Positions 17,291 to 32,999 of a stretch of DNA of 64,000 bases are shown one piece after another (position 1 is the stretch's first letter; each line of letters starts with the position of its first letter). The position numbers and the translations under genes are program-made. The notes under the pieces are model-generated. The model was not told the DNA's origin and did no database searches. It worked only from the letters and a program-made list of their open reading frames with translations. Source of the DNA: the human T2T-CHM13v2.0 reference genome, Homo sapiens; the NCBI RefSeq assembly GCF_009914755.1, contig NC_060933.1. One strand, written 5' to 3'.

Positions 17291-17569
17291 GTATGATTTA
17301 AATACTTTTAACACGTGTTCATTTTAATCACACTTGTGGCTGTATTCCTCTTGTGTTTATATCTCTCAATATGTATACTGTTATTAATGTGGCATATATA
17401 TAAAATCTTCACTGTTAAAAATATTTTCAAAAAATCAGTGCAGCTTATAAATTTACAGTGATTTATGCCTGTGCTCATGATGGGTACGATTTTGCTGATG
17501 TGAAACTAAAATTATGCAATAATTAAGTGAGATGCTTTACAATGGAGTTTGACTGTATTATCTTGGACA

Positions 17570-17780
17570 ATAATTATAACTAACATTTATTGAGGGTTTT
17601 CTTTGTGCCAGTCATTGCTCTGTGAGTTAACTCAGTCGTCACAACACGATAAAACAGGTACTATTACAGTTCTCATTTTTACATAGTGAGAAAATGAGGA
17701 CCAGAAACTTAAATAATTTTGCCAAGGCCGTAAGTTAGTAACTAATTGTCAGGATACACACTCAGACAAGGGCCTGTATT
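17570..17780 (-). mobile_element. MIR SINE
   Basis: TAACATTTATTGAG...TGTGCCAG...CTCATTTTTACA..TGAGAAAATGAGG. Confidence 0.7.
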
Positions 17781-17830
17781 TGCCAAGCTACCTCTCTAGG
17801 GTACCAGTGGTTATATAAACTGAGCAAACT

Positions 17831-18135
<305 letters not shown>

Positions 18136-18370
18136 CTAATATAGTAGAAGGTGAAGTGTATGATAGCTATACCTTTTAGAATGATTCAGTCAGTTAATCC
18201 AATGATAATCAGGCCCTCTAGGATTTAAGCATGCATCCAAAATCACCAGACAGTGATTTCTAGAACAGAAGAATTACTCATTTCTAATGGAAGATACATA
18301 TATTTGTCTGAAAACAAGAATCCTCATCTTCATAAAGCACATTCCTTCCACATGTTAAATCAAAAATCTG

Positions 18371-18580
18371 TCTGGCCAACATGATGAAACCCTATATCTA
18401 CCAAAACTACAAAAATTAGATGGGCATGGTGGCACACACCTGTAATCCCAGTTACTTGGGAGGCTGAGACAGGAGCATCGCTTGAACCAGGGAAGACAGA
18501 GGTTGCAGTGAGCCGAGATCATGCCACTGCACTCCAGCCTGGGTGACAGGGCAAGACTCTGTCTCAAAAAATAAAAATAA
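18371..18580 (+). mobile_element. AluS-type, 5'-truncated
   Basis: Begins CTGGCCAACATGATGAAACCC; full right arm; TSD AAAAATCTG. Confidence 0.9.
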
Positions 18581-18589
18581 AAAAATCTG

Positions 18590-20118
18590 ACTGTTCAAGA
18601 ATCCCAGACTTCCCTGCTAATGGGCATCTCCATTTGGATGTCCCATAATCAACTTCGATTTAAAATATCCAAAATTTGGCCTTATTACTTTTATGCTCCA
18701 ATTTAATGTTTGTTTCCTGTATTCCTTTTCTTGATAATTGGAATCACTACCCCTCTGGTCGCCTGAGTTGGAAATCTGGTAGTAATCCTAGACACCTCTC
18801 TATAACTTAACTTTCTTAGCCAATCCAGTCTCCAAGTTCAGGACATTCTGCTTTCTTAGTCTCACTCGTTCTCACTGCTTTTCCTTCTTCCCTGCTGCCA
18901 CTGTTTTTGAACAGGTCCCATCTCACTGGGATTAGCTGAGGAGACATTTCCCGTGATTTTTTCTATCTGTAATCTGGAAACTCCTACTAGAATGATCTTA
19001 AAATAGAAATCTGATCATGTCTTTCCTCTAGACAATTTTTAGCAATTTTTCATAACTTTTAGGAAAATGTCCAGATTCCTAAGCTGAACATAGAAAGCTC
19101 ATTGTAATTTGGTACCAGCCTACTTTTCTAAAAAATGGTCCAGTCATCCTCCCTGTCTGGTGGTGCAAGATCAGTGGCAGGGCAGGCTAGGGAGTATGCA
19201 GGAGGATGGCTGAGGTTCTATGGTAAGGCATATCTCTACTATACTATCAGTAGGCAAACACCAGGATGTGTGTCCCCTGGAAGTGCAGAGTCAGGTCTGC
19301 AGTAAACAACGCAAATTTGAGAGTTAGAATAAGAGCAGAAACCAAGGTAGGAAGCCAAATTGAACCCATTGGTGAACCAATGAATGAGGAGGGTTGGGAG
19401 AAAGTTATGTCTGAAGGAATTCCTGAGAGATTTACACGTGTTTGTAGGAAACTTTTTTTAAAAGTTATTTACATGCAAACTATGAAGGCATATTTGGTTT
19501 TAGGAAAATAAACTAAATTTGAATAGGTATAAACCACTTGTCACCGAGAGATGTTATACTGTTTCATGTCTCTGTGCCTATCAGATGTCATTGCCTCTCC
19601 CTGAAATGCCCTCTGCTGCCTCCCTATTCTCTAACTCCTACTTATTCCATAGCCCAGTTCAAGCACCATCTCTTCTGTAAATAGCAATCACCAACATAAA
19701 TTGAGCATTTACAGTCTCCAGGCACTATGCCAAATGCTCTAATACATAATCTCATTTAAACCTCATTAGGAAAGCTGCCTCTCTTTTCCTTGTTTTACAG
19801 ATTAATAAATTCATGTTTAGAGAGATGAATTGATTTGCATGAGGTCATGCAACAATTAAGTTATGGAATGGAGAATTAAGCCCAGAGGGTCTGACTCCAG
19901 AGTTTGAGCTTGTTACCACCATTGGCCTTCACCAATTCCCTAGGCTGATTTGAGATGCCTTTCCATGTGCATTTGTGCTTATATCATCATAGCCACATCC
20001 ATCTCTGATATGATCTTTTCTTTATCTGTTTCTCCCAGTGGTTAAAAAGCTCCTAAAAATCAAGAGACAAGTATCTACCACAAAAGTAAAATTTCAATAA
20101 ACATTTGTTTAATTAATA
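18590..20118 (+). mobile_element. L2 LINE 3' region, fragmented (interrupted ~19150-19550 and by a MIR ~19690-19930)
   Basis: CATCTCCATTTGGATGTCCCA, AAATCTGATCATGTC, terminal CAATAAACATTTGTTTAATTAAT. Confidence 0.65.
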
Positions 20119-20132
20119 AATTAGCATTTTCC

Positions 20133-20507
<375 letters not shown>

Positions 20508-22333
20508 TCATGTCAATTAAATGTGGCCTGTTTTGTTATGCTTTTGTCCTTTCAGGATAGTTCTTTAGTAAAATCTGGGGTCAGTCAACTAGAATCAGGC
20601 TATTCTCTTGTCTAGACAGTATTACATATATAGATAAAACATTATTTTTGTCTTTCTCAATACTTTATGCAGTTAACTGCCTCTTTGCTTCTGATAATCA
20701 TTATCATGTGACAGTTTTCAAGATAGTTACTCATGCATGGCATATTTAAAGAAAATGTTTTTCCTAATTCATTCTTATTTTGCATCCAGGTTTGACTTTC
20801 ACAAGGTATTATGTCTTATCCTTTTTCTAATTTTTGTGTTTGGAGATTTTAGCATAATCCTAGATAATGATTGTTTCCTGTGACTTCAATGCTATATGAC
20901 TACACTAGACATCGAATAACCATGGCTTGATAAAAGTTGTATTCAGCTAATTATTTCAAATTAGTTTTAGGGCCTTATTCCAGCTCACGAATAAGGACCC
21001 CTCAAGTTTCAAAGAGAAGGAAAAATGGCGAGGAAAAACACTAAAATAACTACTGGCAAGGGTGTGTGTTCTCTTGTTCCAAATAGGCCCAAGAAAAGTA
21101 GTCATTAGTCTTACTAAGACAAGTGCCTCTAGACCCTGACAAGTGAAAAGAGAGGCAGATCTACATGCAAGGAGAGAAGCTTGTAAGCTCTTTTAAGAAC
21201 TGCGTGTTCTCCCACCCACAACTCTGGGGACTGCAAAGCAATTTTAACTTGCCTACCAAATGGTCAGAAGGAGCACGAGGAAATTTTATCTCACTCATTC
21301 CAGATGTAATCCTGCGCAACATCAGTCAAACTTTTTTTTCTTTCAAATAGAACACGACAGACTGTGACAAAGTTTGAATACTCACTCAAACTTCACAGTG
21401 CAAGAACAAAGAAATAGGTCAACATTTTTGTGAGCTAAATACAGCATTTATATTAGAAGAAGGGATTGAAAGATATTAGATGTTGTGTCAAGACCACTGA
21501 TTTCAAGTGGATGACTTGCTAGGTTTTAAGGTTCGATGAGAATGTAGCGTGGAGTAGCCCAATGTAGGGTGGTATAGATCCCACCTCTAATCAAGGGCTT
21601 CCCTTACCTTGAAGAGCAAAGGGCGGCTCTGTAGCTCCTGCCTTTGTCTTCAGTGCTTTCCATCGCTGCAACTGCTACACGTCCCATAACTGCTACCCAG
21701 CCTCCAACAACAGGGGCAAGTCTCCAGGGCTTTTCTCCATCTGACATAATATAGGTAGACATCATAGAAGATATGTGCAAGATGGCTCAGTACAGGGTAA
21801 AAAGAGCCAGGGGACAACAAGAAATACTCCTCTGTTGCGTTAGTCTTCTGAGATGTTAGGGTTTATCTGATACAGCAACTAGCTTTAACCCTATAATATT
21901 GGGCTTCCACAGAATTGGAATGTACCTGCAAACCTAGAGAAAAAGCTAAATTTTCGGAGTCAGATCACCTAGTTTTCTTTTGGTTCTTCAATTTTTAAAA
22001 ACAATTTTTTTTAAATCAGTCTTAGCTCTGTTTTCTTATATTAAACAAAGGATTACAGGTCATCCTTAGGGCAGACTGTTAAGGAACGAGCAGCTCATGT
22101 CTGAGGCTAGATTTTTGGTGATGGCAGCATTAATTAGTGTTAGACATTAAAGAAAGTCAAGTCTAAAGGATAGAATCAGGACTATGTGGTCCAGTTCTCT
22201 GTCCCAAAGGAAATTTTACTTTGAGTTTCAACTCCAGAGACTCTAACCTTTTTTATTTTAGAGTTATTTGTTTCGTTTAGCTTTTATTCTTATTAAGAAA
22301 GATGGCATGTTTTTACTAAGATCTTACCATCAC

Positions 22334-22560
22334 AGGAGTTCAAGACCAGTCTGGGCAACATGGCAAATCCCTGTCTCTACAAAACATACAAAAATAAGCC
22401 AGGTGTGGTGGCATGTGCCTGTAGTCCCAACTACCTGGGGGGCTGAGGTGGAAGGATTACTTGAGCCCAGGAGGTCAAGGCTGCAGTGAGCCAAGGTCAT
22501 ATCACTGCACCCCAGCCTGGGCAACAAAGTGAGAACCTGTCTCAAAAATTTGTTTTAAAA
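22334..22560 (+). mobile_element. AluJ-type, 5'-truncated
   Basis: CAGGAGTTCAAGACCAGTCTGGGCAAC...GAGCCCAGGAGGTCAAGGCTGCAG; possible TSD AAGATCTTA/AAGACCTTA. Confidence 0.88.
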
Positions 22561-22949
22561 AAGACCTTAAATGGCTATTACTGAAGTAATTTTATAGTGA
22601 CAGAAAATATGTTTTCTTAAGTAGATGGTATCTGTATTGAAATAATATTTACAGTTTTACATATTTAGTTCAAAGGTAAAATCCAATCTACCCTTGGGCC
22701 AAATTATCCTGCACTATAGGCTGGTAGGATATAAATTAATCTTACTGCTATCAATATGACCAGTTGTTATCCAAATTTATTAATATAAAATCAACAAGGT
22801 AGATAAATTTGAGAAACTAGTGGACCCTTGTACAGTAAATAATATTAAAGTTAGTTGGTAAAAAATAAGTGAAATGTGTAAACAAAAGTTAACTTTTATA
22901 TTCAAAGTTATTAAGAAAGCCAGAAGAGGAAATGCTTCTATAATAATAA

Positions 22950-23232
22950 TAATTATTATTATTATTATTTAGACAGAGTCTCTGTTGCCCAGGCTGGAGT
23001 ACAGTGAGACCATCTTTCAATCTCTGCCTTCCGGGTTCAAGTGATTCTCCTGCTTCAGCCTCCAGGATTACAGGTGCATGCCACCATGCCCAGCCAATTT
23101 TTGTACATTTTTTAGTAGAGACAGGGTTTCACCATGTTGGCCAGGCTGGTCTTGAACTCCTGACCTAAAGTAATCCACCACCTCAGGCTCCCAACGTGCT
23201 GGGATTACAGGTGTGAGCCACCGTGCCCAGCC
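22950..23232 (-). mobile_element. AluS-type with (ATT)n tail
   Basis: Antisense Alu ending GTGAGCCACCGTGCCCAGCC; ~10-bp internal deletion at CAGCCTCC|AGGATTAC. Confidence 0.92.
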
Positions 23233-24357
23233 ATTTTTTGTTGTTATTGTTTGTTTTCATGATTTCCTACAGGAAAAAAGCAAAATAAAAAACTGTAAAG
23301 AAAAAATGTCTTCAAATTAAGAAGTTTCAAATGTTAGGGTGGTCCCAAAATGCAGTAAGATCAAAACTTTGTGATTACAGAAGAAAGCATGTACAAGCAG
23401 AATCATAGAAAAATTACCTCCTGAAATATCAGAACAGGAGCTTCCTTAAAAAACTCAAGTTGCTTAAGAATTAGAACAAGTTATTGACTTTCCAAATAAT
23501 TTTTGGTACTGAAAGCTCCCAGTAACACTAAACACTATCTAAAAATATTTCGGGAAAGTCATGTAAACTCTTTTTCATGTCATCTGAAAGAAGTTCTTTT
23601 GTAACACTGCTGACACAATTCAAATGAGTGAAAATATATATATTCCCTGAGGCATTTTGGTGGTAGGAAAGGAAGTATTTTCTAATGAATTATACACTGA
23701 GCTTGAATAGAATTAGCTGATCATTTTAAAGCTTAAACCATATCCATATGGCTTTTAAAAAGACACTAGTAGCAGAATCAACTTAGAAAAGAAGAGACAT
23801 TCATGTCTACACAGATTTCTAGTTAAACAGTAATTGTTCCTTTGTCTTTTATAAATCACCAAAAAGAATAATGCTGTTAATTAATGGTGAATCATGCTCC
23901 AGTGATCTATTCATATTCTCTGGCATGTTGCTCTGGAGGTGGTAAGCAGCAAAGTGTTGATAACTATATTGACTTAGCTCGGAAAGGGATTAAGAATCTC
24001 AGTATGACAACAGATATGTATTCTCTTGTTATAGAAACATTTCACTCTTCTGTGCAACATTTACAGTGGCTTTCTTAGTCTTTGTATAGTAGCCAAACTC
24101 GTCTGCCTAATCTGTAAGAGCCATTGTCAATTCATGCCTAATTCATCTCAATTTTCTTGCTCAGACTCAACTCTATTTTTTTTCTTTGCACATATCCCCT
24201 TTGCCCCACTGAAGTTGTTCCAGTCTCTTCCATACGTGTCCATTCTGTCGCTTAAACGTGACTCAAAAAATCAACTGTGATTATCACATGAGAGGAGGAT
24301 GATAGTCAGAAGTAGTAGAAAGACCTGTAAGTTTCAATTAATAAACTTTTATGGTGT

Positions 24358-24890
24358 TTGTGGAAGACAGTGCTAATTGCCTACTCCAAATCTATTCTTT
24401 CATCCCTAATAGCAGGATTCCAATTTTGTTGGAGTAGCAGTGTGTGCTTTTCTAAAAATACTTCTCCAGGCTCCCTTGCTGTTTGAGGGTGGCCATGTGT
24501 CACGACTGTGGACAATGAGGCATAAGTTACGGGTTTATTGAAAAGCTATTGTTTTCCTTGTAAGGGCACCTTCCTGCTTCCTTCTCCCTTCCACTTCCCA
24601 CCTGGAATGCTGATGCAATACCTGGAGACAGAGTGGCTTTTTGCCACCTTGATATGAAAATCCTGAGGGCAAAGGTGTACACACTAAGGACAATGGAGTG
24701 AGAAAATAGAAAATGGGTCCCTAATGTTATCATTGAGCTGCCATAAATGGCCCTATTCTACCTACCTCCCCACCCCACCTCTACCCCTGCCTAGTCTTCT
24801 TACTCTGTGAACCAAATAAACTTCTCTCACTCTACGTTATTTACAGGGTTTTTCTGCTCATGTGGACAAGCCCATTCCTAACTGATGCCA
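24358..24890 (+). mobile_element. LTR16-like (ERVL) solo LTR
   Basis: TGTGGAAGACA start, CCAGGCTCCCTTGC..GGGTGGCCATGTG, AATAAA at ~24815, CCCATTCCTAACTGAT end. Confidence 0.55.
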
Positions 24891-24954
24891 CTTTTAGAAC
24901 TTTTTTGACCATAAGAATGCATCACTTTTATAGTAATAAAATAATTAAGTGTTT

Positions 24955-25195
24955 TAAGTGAAAACAACATGCACAAGAGCCCAAGCTTTGGAGTCAGACA
25001 AGACTAAATTGGAATCCAGATCTTCCTGCATACTAATTATCTGACTTTTGGCAACTTAATATCTCCAAGTCTCAACTTCCTCATCTGTAAAACAGGAATA
25101 AACAAATAAGTAATGATATTTAACATACAATACAGAGGATTGTTATAAGGTACATAATGAGCCCTTAATAAAGTATAGCTATTATTATTACTACC
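24955..25195 (+). mobile_element. MIR SINE
   Basis: GCTTTGGAGTCAGAC..GAATCC; GTCTCAACTTCCTCATCTGTAAAACAGG core. Confidence 0.8.
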
Positions 25196-25204
25196 AACTT
25201 TCCA

Positions 25205-25230
25205 ACACACACACACACACACACACACAC
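25205..25230. repeat. (CA)13 microsatellite
   Basis: Uninterrupted AC repeat. Confidence 0.95.
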
Positions 25231-25633
25231 TTCTCTGTGTTCCTAATGCACTATATACAGAGCATTATGTAAGTAGAGAATGTTATATACATCAAGTATC
25301 TCTGGAGGTCAGAATGGTTGGTTTCTGATCCTTCGTTACCAGTTTCTGTGACTTTGGGAAAGGTATTAGGTCTCTTGACTTAAAAGTCCTCATCTGAAAC
25401 GTGTGGGACAAAATCTTCAGATCTTTTTCAGTTTTAAAATTCTGTGAATATTAAAAAAACAAGGAAATGATTATCAAACCTTTAAAATAGTGGTTTTCCA
25501 GAGAGGATAGGAAGAGAGTTATGATCAGAGAGAGGCATATGGGGTAGGGATGAGGATGGTGGAAATGTTCCATTTATTTACTTGGTTGGTGGTTACACAG
25601 TTATTTGCTTTATGATTATTCATTAAACTGTAC

Positions 25634-26192
25634 TGTATTAGGGTTCTCCGGAGGGACAGAACTAGTAGGATATATGTATATATGAAAGGGAGTTCATTAG
25701 GGAGAATAGGCTCACAGGATCACAAGGTGAAATCCCACAATAGGCCGTCTGTAAGCTGAGGAAGAAAGAAGCCAGTAGTGGCTCAGTCCAAAGCAGGAAA
25801 GGTAACAGTGCAGCCTTCAGGCTGTGGCCAAAGGCTGAGAGCCCCCAGCAAACAACTGGTGTAACTCCGAGAGTCCGAAGGCGGAAGAACCTCGAGTCTC
25901 ATGTCCTAGGGCGGGAGGAATGGAAGGAAGCATCTAGCACGGGAGAAAGATGAAAGCCAGGAGACTCAGCAAGCCAGCTTATCCCACCTTCTTCCTCCTG
26001 CTTTGTTCCAGATGCGCTGGCAGCCAATTGCATGGTGGCCACCCACATGGAGGATGGGTCTTCCTCTCCCAGTCCTCTGACTCAAATGTCAGTCTCCTCT
26101 GGCAACACCCTCATAGACACACCCAGAAACAATGCTTTACCAGCTATCTAGGCATCCTTCAATCAAGTTGACACCTAATATTAACCATCACA
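25634..26192 (-). mobile_element. MLT2A2-like (HERV-L) solo LTR, complete
   Basis: 559 bp, TG...CA termini, minus strand starts TGTGATGGTTAATATTAGGTGTCAACTTGATTG; perfect 5-bp TSD TGTAC (25629-33, 26193-97). Confidence 0.9.
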
Positions 26193-26312
26193 TGTACCCA
26201 TATATTTTGTGTGCTGCTTATATGTATCTTACATTTCAGAAAATCCTCCAAAGTTTATAATTATGTTTACAGGCATACTAACTTGCTCTACATTATGTTA
26301 TAAAGATTTTTC

Positions 26313-26617
26313 GGCCAGGTGCGCTGGCTCACGCCTGTAATCCCAACACTTTGGGAGGCCAAGGCCGGCGGATCACAAGGTCAGGAGTTGAAGACAAGCC
26401 TGATCAACATGGTGAAACCCCGTCTCTACTAAAAATACAAAAATTAGCTGGGCCTGGTGGTGCTGACCTGTAACCCCAGCCACTCAGGAGGCTGAGGCAG
26501 GAGAATCACTTGAACCCGGGAGGCAAGGTTGCAGTGAGCCAAGATTGCGCCACTGCACTCCAGCCTGGGCGACAGAGCGAGACTCCGTCTCAAAAAAAAA
26601 AAAAAAAAAAAAAAAAA
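26313..26617 (+). mobile_element. AluSg-like, full length, ~A26 tail
   Basis: Two arms, several CpGs retained; TSD AAAGATTTTTC (26302-12, 26615-25). Confidence 0.93.
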
Positions 26618-27104
26618 GATTTTTCCACTTGTACAATTAGGAATAAGATGTGTATAATAATAATATAATTCACTAATCCTCCTTATTGACAGCATAGCTC
26701 CTTTCACTGTTGTCTTACATCTTTATCTCTTAGTAGAAGAGGTTGGAGGTGGGGCAAATATCTCCTGAGGAAGGAGGAGGATGTGACATAAGTAAAGCTC
26801 CTAAAAGCCAGTAAGGGGAAGTAAAAGATAGCCCTTCAGTCTTTTGGAGAGGGGTTTGGGGAAGGTAGGAGATCAAAGTCTTGACTCACTTTTAAACCTG
26901 AAACCCTGGAAAGATAGTGTGGGGAGAAAAATACAGTAATGGAATCCCAATGAAAATCTGTTTCATGCTTTTTAAAAAGAACTAATAGTGTTTTTTTAGC
27001 AGTTTGCTATAGAAATATTGAGTGGAAGGTACAGAGAGTTCCCACATTCTCCCTCATTCCTCCCACCAGTTTTCCCTGTTATTTTGTTATTATTTTTATT
27101 TTTT

Positions 27105-27256
27105 AGTAAATGATGGTTCTTTCTTTCAGTCATTGGATTTATGCTGGCTGCTGTGACACAGCCACCCTGTTACCAAGCACTCTGTCCCTTAGCAGAATCC
27201 CCTAGTTGAGAGCCAGTATCAAACCCAGAGGTGTAAAGAGTTTGGTGGGAATATTC
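27105..27256 (-). other. Probable L1 3'-transduced sequence
   Basis: Non-L1 152 bp between the L1 3' end and a second A-rich tail, inside the TSD. Confidence 0.75.
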
Positions 27257-27465
27257 ATATATATATACTTTAAGTTCTGGGATACATGTGCAGAAGGTGC
27301 AGGTTTGTTACATAGATAAACATGTGCCATGGTGGTTTGCTGCACCCATCAACCCATCATCTTCACTAGGTATTTCTCCTAATGCTATCCCTCCCCTAGC
27401 CCCTCACCCCCCGAAAGGCCCCTGTGTGTGATGTTGCCCTCCCTGTGTCCATGTGTACTCATTGT

Positions 27466-31279
<3,814 letters not shown>

Positions 31280-31342
31280 TAGGATGCTAGCTGGTTATTT
31301 TGCCCATTAGTTGATGCAGTGTCTTCATAGTGTTGATGTTCT

Positions 31343-32394
31343 TTACATTTTGGTTTGTTTTTTCAGTGGCTAGTACTGGTTTTTCCGTTCCATATTTAGT
31401 GCTTCCTTCTGGATCTCTTGTAAGGCAGGCCTGGTGGTGACAAAATTCCTTAGCATTTGCTCGTCTGTAAAGGATTTTATTTATCTTTTGCTTACAAAGC
31501 TTAGTTTGGCTGGATATGAAATTCCGGGTTGAAAATTCTTTTCTTTAAGAATGTTGAATATTGTCCCCCACTCTCTTCTGGCTTGTAGGGTTTCTGTAGA
31601 GAGATCTGCTGTTAGTCTGATTGGCTTCCCTTTGTAGGTAACCTGCCCTTTGTCTCTGGCTGCCCTTAACAATTTTTCCTTCATTTCAACCTTGGTGAAT
31701 CTGACGATTATGTGTCTTGGGGTTGCTCTTCTTGACGAGTATCTTTGTGCTATTCTCTTTTTTTCCTGAATTTGAATGTTGGCCTGTCTTGCTAGGTTGG
31801 GGAATGTTGTCCTGTCTTGCTAGGTTGGGGAATTTCTCCTGGATAATATCTTGAAGAGTGTTTCCCAACTGGGTTTCATTTTCCCTGTCACTTTCAGGTA
31901 CACCAATCAAACGCAGGTTTGGTCTTTTCACATAGTCCCATATTTCTTGGAGGCTTTGTTCATTCCTTTTCACTCTTTTTTCTCAAATCTTGTCTTCATG
32001 CTTTATTTCATTAAGCTGACCTTCGGTCTCTGATATCCTTTCTTCCCCTTGGTCGATTCGGCTATTGATACTTGTCTATGCTTCACAAAGTTCTTGTGCT
32101 GTTTTTCAGCTCCATCAGGTCATTTATATTCTTTTCTAAACTGGTTATTCTAGTTAGCAATTCCTCTAACCTTTTTTCAAAGTTCTTAGCTTCCTTGCAT
32201 TGGGTTAGAACATGCTCCTTTAGCTTGGAGCAGTTTGTTATTACCCACCTTCTGAAGCCTACTTCTGTCAATTCATCAGACTCATTCTCCATACTGTTCT
32301 GTTCCCTTGCTGGCGAGGAGTTGTGACCCTTTCTAGGAGAAGAGGTGTTTTGGTTTTTGGAATTTTCAGGCTTTTTGTGCTGGTTTTTCCTCAT
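31343..32394 (-). pseudogene. Disrupted L1 ORF1
   Basis: MRKNQHKKPENSKNQ start, EQSLQEIWDYVKRPNLRLIGVPE, KGKPIRLTADLS in different frames. Confidence 0.92.
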
Positions 32395-32999
32395 CTTTGT
32401 AAGTTTATCTACCTTTGGTCTTTGATGCTAGTGACCTTCCAATGGGGTTTTTGTGTGGATGTCCTTTTTGTTGATATCGATGCTATTTCTTTCTGTTAGT
32501 TTTCCTTCCAATAGTCAGGCCCCTCTTCTGCATGTCTGCTGGAGTTTGCTGTAGGTCCACTCCCGGCCCTGTTTGCCTGGGTATCACCAGCAGAGGCTGC
32601 CGAATAGAAAAGATTGCTGCCTGTTCCTTCCTCTGGAAGTTTTGTTTCAGAGATGCACCCGCCAGATGCCAGCCAGGGCTCTCCTGTATGAGGTGTCTGT
32701 AGACCCCTGCTGGGAGGTGTCTCCCAGTCAGGAGGCATGGGGGTCAGGGAACCACTTCAGGAGGCAGTCTGTCCCTTAGTAGAGCTTGAGCGCTGTGCTG
32801 GGAAATCTGCTGCTGTCTTCAGAGCCAGCAGGCAGGAATGTTTAAGTCTGCTGAAGGTACTCCCACAGCCGCCCCTTCCCCCACATGCTCTGTCCCAGGG
32901 AGATGGGAGTTTGAACTATAAGCCCCTGACTGGGGCTACTGCAATTCTTTCAGAGATGCCCTGCCCAGAGAGGAGGAATCTAGAGAGGCAGTCTGGCTA

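Noticed and set aside
20760-20812. CTAAT..TTTTGCATCCAG|GTTTGA recursive-splice-like site or 16-nt microexon
   Set aside because: Donors are weak and such motifs are frequent by chance in AT-rich DNA
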